From assembly GCA_963717155.1 (NCBI GenBank), contig OY970326.1:677532-741531 (forward strand): 64,000 nucleotides of DNA, given 5' to 3'. Under the pieces are notes generated by a model that had not been told where the DNA came from, did not search any database, and saw nothing but the letters and a program-made list of their open reading frames with translations. Made by a program: the position numbers and the translations under genes. This document shows positions 19,512 through 28,976 of this stretch, in pieces; the stretch's first letter is position 1, and the number at the start of each line of letters is the position of its first letter. The stretch is from an uncultured Actinomycetes bacterium. GTDB taxonomy: Bacteria; Actinomycetota; Thermoleophilia; Gaiellales; JALYLC01.

Positions 19512-19515
19512 GCCC

Positions 19516-20890
19516 ATGAAGACTCTCCCGTCAAGCAGCGACCCCTCGCATCGCCTCGCTGGTGCTCTCGCATTACCGGCGGCGCGCAGCGCGCAGCCCG
19601 CGGCAGGGCGACTGGTCGACATGGGGCAACTCGCCCACCCGCAACGGCATCGCCACGCTCAGCAAGATGGACGCCGCCAGCGCGAGGAAGCTCAGGCTGG
19701 CGTGGTCGCGGCCGCTCGACGCGGTCGTGACCGCGCAGCCGCTGTTCATCGCCGACTCGCGTGGTGGCGAGTACATCACCGCGACCGCGGCCGGAACCCT
19801 GTCGGCGTTCGCGGCGAAGAACGGGGGCATGCGCTGGAGGGCCGCCCTCGGGCCGCAGAACACGCAGCTGCTCGCAGCTCCCGAAGGGACATGTTCGGGA
19901 TCACGGGGACGCCCGTCTACGACCGCTCGACGGGACGATCTACGCGGCGAGCCATGGCGTCCTGTACGCCCTGAACGCGACGAACGGCAAGCTCGTTGCC
20001 CGGCTGGCCGCTGACGCTGCCGATGGATCCGTCGCGCGAGCACGTGTGGGGCGCGCTCACGCTGAGCGGGAAGGCGCTGTACCTCGGGACGGCCGCGTTC
20101 TGCGACGTCCAGCCCTGGAAGGGTCGCCTGATCCGCGTCGATCTCGTCTCGCACGCGACGGCCGAGTGGGACAGCGTCCCGACGCCCGGCCCGAACGGCG
20201 GGGGCGGCATCTTCGGCTGGGGCGGCGTCTCGATCGATCCGAAGACCGGCAACGTGTGGGTCGCGACCGCGAACGCGACCGGCCCCGACGTTCCCGACGA
20301 CTCGGGCTTCGATGCCGAGTCGATCGTCGAGCTCGCGCCGACGCTGCAGAAGCTGCAGTCGTCCCACGCGCCCGGCATGCCGCTGCACGGCGACTACGGG
20401 TTCGGCTCGACGCCGATGCTGTTCCACCCGACCGGCTGCCAGCCGCTCGCGGCCGCCGAGGCGAAGAACGGGTCGCTGTACGTCTAGCAGCAGGCGAACG
20501 CTGGCGACTCCCGCCGCAGCGGCTGCAGATCGCATTCCCGGCGACCCTGTTCGGGCTGCCTGCGTGGGATCCGCGCACGCAGACGCTGTTCGTCACGACG
20601 ACCCAGGGCTACAACGGCTACCCTCGGGTCTGCTCGCGTTCCGCATGAACAGCGAGTGTCGGTTGCGTGCTCGCGTGGCGTCGGAACCTCGGCTCGTCTC
20701 TCAACTCCGTCCCGACCGTCGTCAACGACACCGTGATGGTCGGCACCGGACGGCGCCAAGCTGCGCGTGTTCTCGACCGAGGACGGGACGCCGCTCGCGA
20801 CGCTGCCCGTCGGGGGCCCGGAGTTCGCACCGCCGATCAGCGTCGGCGACGACGTCGTCGGTGGCCTCGTAGGGGAAGGCGCATCAGCGT
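19516..20890 (+). CDS. PQQ-like/BamB-like beta-propeller repeat protein (frameshifted; 3' end approximate)
   Basis: Fragments in three + frames: DWSTWGNSPTRNG, VVTAQPLFIADS...ITATAAGTLSAFAAKNGGMRW, DGTIYAASHGVLYALNATNGKLV, VWGALTLSGKALYLGT, GGVSIDPKTGNVWVATANA, VVNDTVMVGTG, FSTEDGTPLATLPVGG. Confidence 0.5.
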
Positions 20891-20996
20891 GTTCCGGCCC
20901 TCGAGGCCGCCAAGACGTCGACGACGAGCATCGCCGACGGGACCGTCCCCCGTCCGGGGGAGGAAGCGATCGGCGTGCCGCGCCGATGGCCTCCGG

Positions 20997-21915
20997 GTGA
21001 GAATCGCCGCGCCGCGTGTGCTCGTCGCGCTTGCCTCCGCGTGCTCGTCGTCGCGCTGCCGGTCGCGGCGCTCGCGCGTCCGCTCGGCGTGCCCGGGTCG
21101 GGTGGCCCGGCCGGTTGCGCCCGTGCCGCCGCTGAAGCGTGCCGTCTTCGACCCCCGCGAGATGCGGCTGCCCGCGTCGTCGAGCTGGGCGCTTCCCCCG
21201 ATGATCCGCCTGCGCGCATCGGCGCGCCCGGCCGCCCACCGCGCCGTGCTCCGGCGGCGCGTGCTGCGGAGCAACCGTCTGCTGCTCGCGCCCGCCGCCC
21301 GGCGCTCCGTGCGCGACGGCTCGATCTCGAGCTCGGCGCTGTCGCTGCTCGCGTCGATTCCGAGACTCGGAGCGCCGCTGCTCGTGTTCTCTGCCCAGGG
21401 CAGGAACCTGCCGCGTCCAGGCGACGACCCAGTGGATGACGCGCCGGGCGCTGCAGTCCCTCTTCTCGCTGCCAGGCATCCGACGTCCGGTCGTGATGCT
21501 GCGGGCGACCTCGAGCTCGCTCGGCGACCACGCCGCGCCGCACGGTGGCCTGCTCGGCGCGCAGGCGGTCGCGATCGCCGAGCGCTACCTCGGGATCCCG
21601 TACGTGTGGGGGAGTGCCAATCCGAAGGTCGGCCTCGACTGCTCGGGCCTGACGATGCTCGTCTACAGCAAGCTCGGCGTGACGCTCGACCACTACGCGG
21701 CGTTCCAGTGGCTCGAGGGCGAGCGCATCCCGCCGGACCAGCTCGCGCCGGGCGATCTCGTCTTCTTCCACATGAAGCCGGACGGCCCGGGCCACGTCGG
21801 CTTGTATGCCGGGAACGGCCAGTTCATCCAGGCTCCGCACACGGGCGACTTCGTCAAGGTCTCGACGCTGCGGGACTACGCCTCGAGCTACGTCGGCGCC
21901 GTACGTCCGTACTGA
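20997..21915 (+). CDS. Secreted NlpC/P60 family peptidoglycan endopeptidase, copy 1 (N-terminal part frameshifted)
   Basis: Intact C-terminal domain: AIAERYLGIPYVWGSANPKVGLDCSGLTMLVYSKLGV...GDLVFFHMKPDGPGHVGLYAGNGQFIQAPHTGDFVKVSTL...YVGAVRPY. Candidate GTG start at 20997 with a hydrophobic N-terminus. Confidence 0.8.
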
Positions 21916-21974
21916 CCGGCTCGTCTCAACGCAATCTTCAAACTGCGCGGGGCCAGGTCTCGTACCCTTGGCCG

Positions 21975-22926
21975 GTGCGCGCTGCCCGTCTGACGCTTGC
22001 CGTCGCGACGCTTGCGAGCCTCGTGACGCTCGCTGTGCCTGCGACCGCGTCGGCGCGTGTCGGCGCCGTCGAGCTGCGCCTGCCCGGTGGGCGGCTGCTC
22101 GCGAGCCTCGACTCGCGCTCGGCGCGCTACCCCGAGAGCGGCTCGGTGCTGAAGCATCGGGAGCACCAGCGACACGCGCCAGCCGTGTCGTGATCCGCGA
22201 CGTCTCGCTGCTCGCCGGGCGCATCCGCGCGTCGTCCGTCATCGTTCCTGCCGAAGGGGCTCAAGGGTGCCCGCGTGATCGGTCTGACGGTCGACGGCGT
22301 TCCCTACGCGGGCAAGCCGAACACCCTCGTCCCGCTCGGAGGCACCGGCTACCTCGTCGTGCTGCAGGCGGCGGTCGTCCCCGGGAGCCCCGTCGGCGTG
22401 ACCGGTCTGCGCCTGCACCTCGAGCATCGTCTCGGCGAGCTTCCCGCGGGAGCCGACCTCACGATCGGCGTCGCTGCCGCCGCCCGTCCCTGGGCGCGGG
22501 CGACGACGGGACCGCTCGGGTTCAAGGTGCCGACGGTCGGCGAAGGGCGAGAGCAACCTCGGCGAGCGGGCCGCCGCGACTCGCGCTGCAGTACCTCGGC
22601 ATCCCGTACCTCTGGGGCGGGGCCAATCCGCAAGGTGGGCCTCGACTGCTCGGGCCTGACGATGCTCGTCTACGGGCGGCTCGGCATCAGGCTCGCGCAC
22701 TTCACCGGCCTGCAGTGGCAGGAGGGCAAGCACGTCGGCCGCCACGTCGAGCCCGGGGATCTCGTATTCTTCCACCCGACCGTTCTCGGGTCCCGGTCAC
22801 GTCGGCATCTACCTCGGCGGGGGTCGCTTCGTGCAAGCGCCGCATACGGGAGACGTCGTGAAGATCTCGAGCCTTCGCTCGGCCAGATATGCGCTGACGT
22901 ACGTCGGCGCCGTTCGACCGTACTGA
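21975..22926 (+). CDS. Secreted NlpC/P60 family peptidoglycan endopeptidase, copy 2 (frameshifted)
   Basis: Signal-like VRAARLTLAVATLASLVTLAVPATASA. ALQYLGIPYLWGGANP, VGLDCSGLTMLVYGRLGI, GDLVFFHP, GHVGIYLGGGRFVQAPHTGDVVKISSL and YVGAVRPY lie in alternate frames. Confidence 0.8.
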
Positions 22927-22997
22927 CGTACGGCGCTCGCTCGATTCCCCCGACAGAGGGAAGCGGTCACGGCGCGATCCCCGCCGACCTCTTGAGT

Positions 22998-23877
22998 ATG
23001 AAGAACCTTCTCAGGCATCTCATACTGCTTGCGCTCGCCTCGGTGTCGCTCGGCGTCCTCGTCGCACCGGCTTCCGCGGCCGAGATCGTCGACCGCAACG
23101 TGAGCTCGCCGCAGCTTCGCGTGAACGCCAAGGGCGATGTCGCCCTGGTCACCTACCGGGTCCACGGACAGCTCCACCACGTCCTCTACTGGGGCGCTCG
23201 CAACTGGGCCGACACCTTCCTGCGCGACTACTCGGGCGGTTGGAAGTCGAAGGTCGCGAACTGGAAGCACTTCCCGAACCACTGCTCGCCGTACAGCGGC
23301 CCGGCGATCGCACTCGTGATCGCAAGCTGCGACGCGCCTGACGGCTCGCACTGGGCGCTCCAGGCCTGGGCGCGCCTGTGGAAGAACTACGGCGGCGACT
23401 CGCGCCCCCGTCGAGCTCTACATCTCGCACTGGACCGGCGACATCGGCGACCCTGCAGGTGCAGACCGACTGGGGCTACCACGGCAAGCACGAGCATCTC
23501 TGGGGCGACTTCCAGTTCCACGGCAAGCCCGTGTACGGGAACTCGTGGACGCTCCAGGGCGTTCCGACCGACAAGTCCGGCCGCAACGTCTACGTCGACT
23601 ACGCGCTCGACGGCACCTGGAAGCGCGAGAACTCGTTCCTGACCCACCGGCAGACCGGCGCGCTTCTGCTACCTGTTCGGCACCCAGGGCGGGCGCTGCG
23701 CAGGGCGTCGAGGGACAGGCGTACCGCGCGACCGTGATCGGCCCCGGCGTCTCGCCGCTCGTACGCGACGAGTTCGCGCCGCCGCCGCCCTACAACCCCG
23801 AGACCGACGCGCAGGCGAATGCGCAGCAGCGGGCGTTGTTCGGCTCCGACGACCGCCGTCGCTGCGTCATCAACTGA
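22998..23877 (+). CDS. Secreted protein of unknown function (frameshifted)
   Basis: MKNLLRHLILLALASVSLGVLVAPASAAE is a signal peptide. Coding continues in other frames (LQVQTDWGYHGKHEHLWGDFQFHGKPVYGNSWTLQGVPTDKSGRNVYVDYALDGTWKRENSFLTH; ...YRATVIGPGVSPLVRDEF...). No motif recognised. Confidence 0.5.
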
Positions 23878-24856
23878 CGAGTCCGACCCGGTCTCGCACC
23901 TCGGCGAGCACCGGCGCGGCCATCGCGCGCGCTCGTTCGGCTCCTCGTTGTAGGAGCCGGGCGAGCTCCGCGCGATCGTCGATCAGCTCGGCGTAGCGCG
24001 TCTGGATCGGGGCCAGGCCCTCGATCACGGCCTCGGCGACATCGGTCTTCAGCGCGCCGTAGCCCTTGCCGACGTAGCCCGCCTCGAGCGTGGGCACGTC
24101 GGAACCGGTGATCGCGGAGAGGATGTCGAGCAGGTTCGAGACGCCCGGCTTGTCGTTGCGCGCGACGATCTCGGAGCCCGAGTCGGTCACGGCGCGCTTG
24201 AACTTGCGCATGATCATGTCGGGCGGGTCGAGCATCAGGACCTTGCCCTCGGCGCTCGACTGGGTCGTCGACATGCGCTTGGTCGGGTCCTGCAGGTCGC
24301 GGATGCGGGCGGCCGTCTTGGGGATCGCGGGCTCGGGCAGCGGGAACGTCACGCCGAAGCGGTTGTTGAAGCGCTCGGCGAGATCGCGCATCAGCTCGAG
24401 ATGCTGGCGCTGATCCTCGCCGACGGGGACCCGATCCGCCTTGTAGACCAGCACGTCGGCGGCCATCAGCACCGGGTAGGCGAACAGCCCGACGGTGACC
24501 GAGTCGCGGCCATCCGACTTCGACTTGTACTGGGTCATGCGACCGAGCTCTCCCATCGTGGCGACGCAGTTGAGGATCCACGCGAGCTCGCTGTGCGCGG
24601 TGACCTGCCCCTGCAGGAAGAGCACGCAGCGCTCGGGGTCGAGGCCCGCGGCGATCAGCACGGCCGCCGTGTCGAGCGACCAGGAGCGCAGGTCGTCGGG
24701 CTCGTACGGCACGGTCATCGAGTGCAGGTCGACGACGCAGAAGATGGATTCGGATCCGTACGTCTCCTGGTCTTCGACGTAGTGGCGGATCGCGCCGAGC
24801 CAGTTGCCGATGTGCTTCGCGCCGGTCGGTTGGATGCCGGAAAAGACCCTCGTCAT
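23870..24856 (-). CDS. trpS: Tryptophan--tRNA ligase
   Basis: Intact 328-aa ORF: MTRVFSGIQPTGAKHIGNWLGAI (HIGH-type), VVDLHSMTV, YPVLMAADVL, DQRQHLELMRD, KRMSTT (KMSKS-type). Confidence 0.95.
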   Translation of the reverse strand: MTRVFSGIQPTGAKHIGNWLGAIRHYVEDQETYGSESIFCVVDLHSMTVPYEPDDLRSWSLDTAAVLIAAGLDPERCVLFLQGQVTAHSELAWILNCVATMGELGRMTQYKSKSDGRDSVTVGLFAYPVLMAADVLVYKADRVPVGEDQRQHLELMRDLAERFNNRFGVTFPLPEPAIPKTAARIRDLQDPTKRMSTTQSSAEGKVLMLDPPDMIMRKFKRAVTDSGSEIVARNDKPGVSNLLDILSAITGSDVPTLEAGYVGKGYGALKTDVAEAVIEGLAPIQTRYAELIDDRAELARLLQRGAERARAMAAPVLAEVRDRVGLVS

Positions 24857-24900
24857 GGGCTCCGAGGGTATCCGAACCGGACGCGCTACCGTGACCGTGG

Positions 24901-27255
24901 GTGGGCAAGACGCTCGTCATCTGCGAGAAGCGATCGGTCGCCGACGACGTGACGCGGGCACTTGGCGGTCGCTTCGCGAACGAGGAGACCTACCTCGAGG
25001 GCGTCGACATGGTGGTCACCTGGGCTGTCGGGCACCTCGCCGAGCTCGCCGACCCGGAGGTCTACGACCCTCGCTACAAGGTCTGGCGCCTCGACGACCT
25101 GCCGATCGTTCCCGAGCGGTTCCGCGTGGTGCCGCGGACGGACAGTGCGTCCGCCAGGGACCAGCTGAAGGCGATCCGCGAGCTCGTCCTGCGCGCCGAT
25201 GTCGAGCGGCTCGTGAACGCATGCGACGCCGGGCGTGAGGGCGAGCTGATCTTCGCGTACATCGTCGACCTCGCCGCGCCGCCGGAGCGCCCGGTCGAGC
25301 GCGCGTGGTTCTCGTCCATGACCCGCAAGGCGATCCGCGAGGCGTTCGACCACCTGCGGCCCGGCGCCGAGCTTCGACCCCTCGAGGATGCGGCCCGCTC
25401 GCGGTCGGAGGCCGACTGGCTCGTCGGCGTCAACGCGACCCGCGCGGCGACGGTCAAGGCGCGCGCGCTCGGGGGCATGCTCACCCTCGGCCGGGTGCAG
25501 ACGCCGACGCTCGCGCTGATGGTGCGCCGCGAGCAGGAGATCGAGGCATTCCAGTCCGTGCCGTTCTGGATCGTCGATGCGGCGTTCGAGCCGGCCTCGG
25601 GGAGCGCTCGCTACCTCGGACGCTGGTTCCGCGGTGCCGAGAGCAGGCTGCCGGACGAGGCCGCGGCCGTTGCGATCGCCGACCGCGTGCGCGACCACAG
25701 CGGCCGCGTGCGCGAGCTGCGCACGCGCGAGCAGCGTCAGCCCGCGCCGCTCCTGTACGACCTCACCGCTCTGCAGCGCGAGGCCGCGCAGTGGCACGGG
25801 TTCACGGCACAGCGCACGCTCCGTGCGGCCCAGGAGTGCTACGAGAAGGCTCTGCTGACCTATCCGCGGACCTCGAGCCGCTACCTGTCCGGCGATCAGG
25901 TCGACGAGCTGCGCGAGATCGCCGCGCACGTCGGCCGCGCCGCGATCGAGTACCTCGAACCAGCCGCATACGTGCAGGGCCTGGACGTGCTGCCTCTGGA
26001 GCGGATCGTCGACGACGCGAAGGTGACCGATCACCACGCCCTCGTGCCGACGGCCGAGAAGCACGATCTCTCCGCGCTCGGAGACGATGCCCGGCGCATC
26101 TACGACATGGTCGCGCGGCGCTTCCTCGCGGCCTTCTTCCCGCCCGCCGTGTTCGAGAGCACGACCGTGATCACCGAGGTGGAGGGCGAGACGTTCCGCT
26201 CGCGTGGGCGGGTGCTGGTCGAGGCGGGCTGGCGCGCCGCGTACGGTGAGCTGCCGAGCGACGAGGCGCGGGCCCGCGATGACGGCGGGAGCCAGGACGA
26301 CGAGGGCGCCGAGCAGGATCTGCCGCGACTGCGCGAGGACGAGCACGTCCACTGCGCTCGGGTCGAGAGCCTCGCACGTGAGACGAAGCCGCCTCCTCGA
26401 TTCGGCGAGGCATCGCTGCTCGCTGCCATGGAAGGGGCCGGCAAGCTCATCGACGACGACGATCTCCGCGAGGCGATCAAGGACTCGGGCCTCGGCACGC
26501 CCGCGACCCGCGCCGCGACGATCGAGCGCCTGATCGAGGTCGGCTACGTCGTGCGCGACGGTCGCAGCCTGCGGCCCACGCAGAAGGGGATCCAGGTCAT
26601 CGACCTGCTCGGCGAGCACGTCCTGACCAGCCCGGAGCTGACGGGCGCGTGGGAGAGGCGCCTCGTCGAGATGGAGCGCGGAGCCGAGCGTCGGCAGGCG
26701 TTCATGCAGGACGTGGCGTCCCTCGCGGGGGAGATCGTCGAGTTCCTCCGCGAGCTGCCTCCCGAGCGCACCCGCTTCCCGCGGCGCGATCTCGGGATCG
26801 TCTGTCCCCGCTGCGGCAAGGGCACCCTGATCGAGAACCGCAAGGGCTACGGCTGCTCGACGTGGAAGTCCCCCGAGGAGCCCGGCTGCGGGTTCGTGAT
26901 CTGGAAGACGATCGCCGGCAAGCAGATCACCGAGGAGATCGTCCGCGAGCTCGTGGCGAACGGCCGCACGCGGGAGCTGCCGGGCTTCCGCTCGCGTGCG
27001 GGGAAGCCGTTCAGGGCGATGCTCGTGCTCGATCCGCAGGCCGACAAGCCGGTCACGCTCGAGTTCAAGCCGCGACGCGGCGGCGGGACAGCCGCGCTAG
27101 AAGACCATCGCGAGCATGACCCAGAAGGGCAGCGTGCCGACGGCGAGGGCGATCGCGGTGCGTCGTCGATCCCGCTCCCACAGCACGTACCCGGCGGTGA
27201 GCATCAGGAGCGAGGCGGCCAGGCAGACCCCGAGGACGTCGGTCAGACCGAGTAG
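24901..27255 (+). CDS. topB: DNA topoisomerase III-like type IA topoisomerase (true stop probably near 27100)
   Basis: LVICEKRSVADDV and NACDAGREGELIF (Toprim), LLTYPRTSSRYLS (catalytic Tyr region), C-terminal CPRCGKGTLIENRKGYGCSTWKSPEEPGCGFVIWK zinc ribbon. The last ~155 nt overlap a convergent ORF and look non-homologous. Confidence 0.9.
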   Translation: MGKTLVICEKRSVADDVTRALGGRFANEETYLEGVDMVVTWAVGHLAELADPEVYDPRYKVWRLDDLPIVPERFRVVPRTDSASARDQLKAIRELVLRADVERLVNACDAGREGELIFAYIVDLAAPPERPVERAWFSSMTRKAIREAFDHLRPGAELRPLEDAARSRSEADWLVGVNATRAATVKARALGGMLTLGRVQTPTLALMVRREQEIEAFQSVPFWIVDAAFEPASGSARYLGRWFRGAESRLPDEAAAVAIADRVRDHSGRVRELRTREQRQPAPLLYDLTALQREAAQWHGFTAQRTLRAAQECYEKALLTYPRTSSRYLSGDQVDELREIAAHVGRAAIEYLEPAAYVQGLDVLPLERIVDDAKVTDHHALVPTAEKHDLSALGDDARRIYDMVARRFLAAFFPPAVFESTTVITEVEGETFRSRGRVLVEAGWRAAYGELPSDEARARDDGGSQDDEGAEQDLPRLREDEHVHCARVESLARETKPPPRFGEASLLAAMEGAGKLIDDDDLREAIKDSGLGTPATRAATIERLIEVGYVVRDGRSLRPTQKGIQVIDLLGEHVLTSPELTGAWERRLVEMERGAERRQAFMQDVASLAGEIVEFLRELPPERTRFPRRDLGIVCPRCGKGTLIENRKGYGCSTWKSPEEPGCGFVIWKTIAGKQITEEIVRELVANGRTRELPGFRSRAGKPFRAMLVLDPQADKPVTLEFKPRRGGGTAALEDHREHDPEGQRADGEGDRGASSIPLPQHVPGGEHQERGGQADPEDVGQTE

Positions 27256-27363
27256 CTGCGCCGCGAGGAACGCGAGCAGGTTGACGCCGGCGAACACGGC
27301 CGCGACGCGCGGATCGTCACGTTGCTCCCACTCCTCCGTGGGCTCCGTTGCAAGCCACCTCAT
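27097..27363 (-). CDS. Small membrane protein of unknown function
   Basis: 88-aa ORF with two clear hydrophobic helices (VAAVFAGVNLLAFLAAQLLGL, LGVCLAASLLMLTAGYVLW, AIALAVGTLPFWVMLAMVF). Confidence 0.4.
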   Translation of the reverse strand: MRWLATEPTEEWEQRDDPRVAAVFAGVNLLAFLAAQLLGLTDVLGVCLAASLLMLTAGYVLWERDRRRTAIALAVGTLPFWVMLAMVF

Positions 27364-27392
27364 GACACGTAAGTCTGGGGCCGCAGGGCCGT

Positions 27393-28328
27393 TTGCGGCA
27401 TCCCCCGATGGGGGGAGTGATGCGCGTTCCGGAGAACCTGCCGAAGCCTGCCGCCCGGCGCTATCCTCCTCGCGTGGCCAGCGCGACGAACGGGCGGGTC
27501 GATGTGGGCTCCCACATCCGGTCCCGGCTATCCATCCTGTCGCCGAACGAGCGGCGCATCGCGGCCTGGCTGCTCGAGCACATGCCCGAGGCGGCCTTCG
27601 AGACGGCCGACTCGCTTGCTCGCAAGGTCGGCGTCAGCAAGGCGGCTGTCGTCCGCTTCGGATCGAAGCTCGGATTCGGAGGCTTCGCCGGGCTCCACGA
27701 CGCCATCGCGGAGGGAGCGATGGCGCGCCTGATCGAGCGCGCGGCGCCGCTCGGCACGCCGCGGGCGAGCCTGCTCGACCGCTGGCTGGCGGCCGCGAGC
27801 GCCGACCTGATCGCGACCCGGCGGTCCGTGTCGGACGAGCTCCTCGAGGCAGCGGCCGAGCTCCTGCGCGCACCCGGGGGCAGGACGTTCGTCTTCGGCC
27901 AGCGGAAGTCGGCCGCGCTCGCCGAGTACGCGTTCTTCCTGCTGAACCCGCTCATCCCGCACGTCCTCACGATCGAGGAGGGAGCCGGAACGGTCGCGGA
28001 CGCCCTGATCGACGTCGGCCCCGACGATCGGCTGCTGGCCGTGACGTTCCGTCCGTACGCGAGGCTCACCGCGGACGTGGTGGACTGGTTCGCCCGCGCC
28101 GGCGGCGCGGTCGTTCTCGTGTGCGACGACCCGCTGATCCCGCCGGCCGAGCATGCGCAGCACACGCTCGTGTGCGCGCCCGAGAGCCCCGGCCCGTTCG
28201 CCTCGGCAGTGGCCGGGCTGTTCGTGGTGGAGGCGCTCGCCGCGTACGTGGCGGCAGGCACTCCGGGAGGCACCGAGCGTCGCCTCGACGCGGCCCAGGA
28301 GCTCTGGGCGCGCTTCGGCACCTACTGA
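27393..28328 (+). CDS. MurR/RpiR family transcriptional regulator (HTH + SIS domain)
   Basis: LSILSPNERRIAAWLLEHMPEAAFETADSLARKVGVSKAAVVRFGSKLGFGGFAGLHDAI is the RpiR HTH, followed by an SIS-like segment GGRTFVFGQRKSAALAEYAFFLL...LLAVTFRPY. The start may be an internal ATG/GTG. Confidence 0.85.
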   Translation: MRHPPMGGVMRVPENLPKPAARRYPPRVASATNGRVDVGSHIRSRLSILSPNERRIAAWLLEHMPEAAFETADSLARKVGVSKAAVVRFGSKLGFGGFAGLHDAIAEGAMARLIERAAPLGTPRASLLDRWLAAASADLIATRRSVSDELLEAAAELLRAPGGRTFVFGQRKSAALAEYAFFLLNPLIPHVLTIEEGAGTVADALIDVGPDDRLLAVTFRPYARLTADVVDWFARAGGAVVLVCDDPLIPPAEHAQHTLVCAPESPGPFASAVAGLFVVEALAAYVAAGTPGGTERRLDAAQELWARFGTY

Positions 28329-28344
28329 CCCCTGAGGGGTCGGG

Positions 28345-28620
28345 CTACTCGGCTATCGCGATGTCCGAGTCGCGCGCCTCGAGGCTCACGCGACCAGCGC
28401 GCAGGAGCAGCGCGTCGACCTCGTCGGGCTCGTCGCCCTTGAGCGGCGCGACCCCGCGCGACTCGAGCAGGTGCGCGAGCAGCGCGGCCTGACGCGCCGC
28501 GGTCGCCGCGCGAACGAGTGCGTCACGGTAGTCGCTCGCGAGCACGAGATCTCCGAGCGGTGTCGCCGGGCGCTGCACCATCGCGCTCACCGATCCTTTC
28601 GGTTCGAGACGACGAAGCAC
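28345..28620 (-). CDS. Hypothetical small protein
   Basis: 91-aa ORF with coding-like composition. No recognisable motif. Confidence 0.3.
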   Translation of the reverse strand: MLRRLEPKGSVSAMVQRPATPLGDLVLASDYRDALVRAATAARQAALLAHLLESRGVAPLKGDEPDEVDALLLRAGRVSLEARDSDIAIAE

Positions 28621-28976
28621 GAGCGTACCAGACGATTCGCGAACCCGGCAGGGGGCAATTCAGCATCGGAAGCGCTATCAAAATGATGCTGGGTGTCTGG
28701 CGCGCGTGGATCGTCCTGCGGTCTGGGGTCTGTGCTCGTTCCTCGCGTCGACCCCAGCCCTCCGGCGACCCGGATCCCGCTCATGTCCGCCCGATCGTCC
28801 GGCGTGCGCTCGGTGAGCGGGCTCCGGGGCTTCGCAGGTGAGTCGGCCGCCTCTTGAACAGGCTGCTCCGCGCCTGCCCTGCGAGTCAGCCGGCACCCCT
28901 GCTCGCTCCACGCACCCCAGACAAGCACCCTAATTTGATAGAGCTTCTCACGGCGATCCACTACGTTCCCTCGACG

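Noticed and set aside
20930-21010. c-di-AMP (ydaO-type) riboswitch upstream of the first NlpC/P60 gene (CCGGGGGAGG ... CCGGGTGAGAATCGCC)
   Set aside because: Superficial resemblance only. The conserved 3' half (…CCGA.CCCG.CAGCTAACCTCGTAAGCG-like) is absent, and the region probably encodes the end of the propeller gene or the start of the hydrolase.
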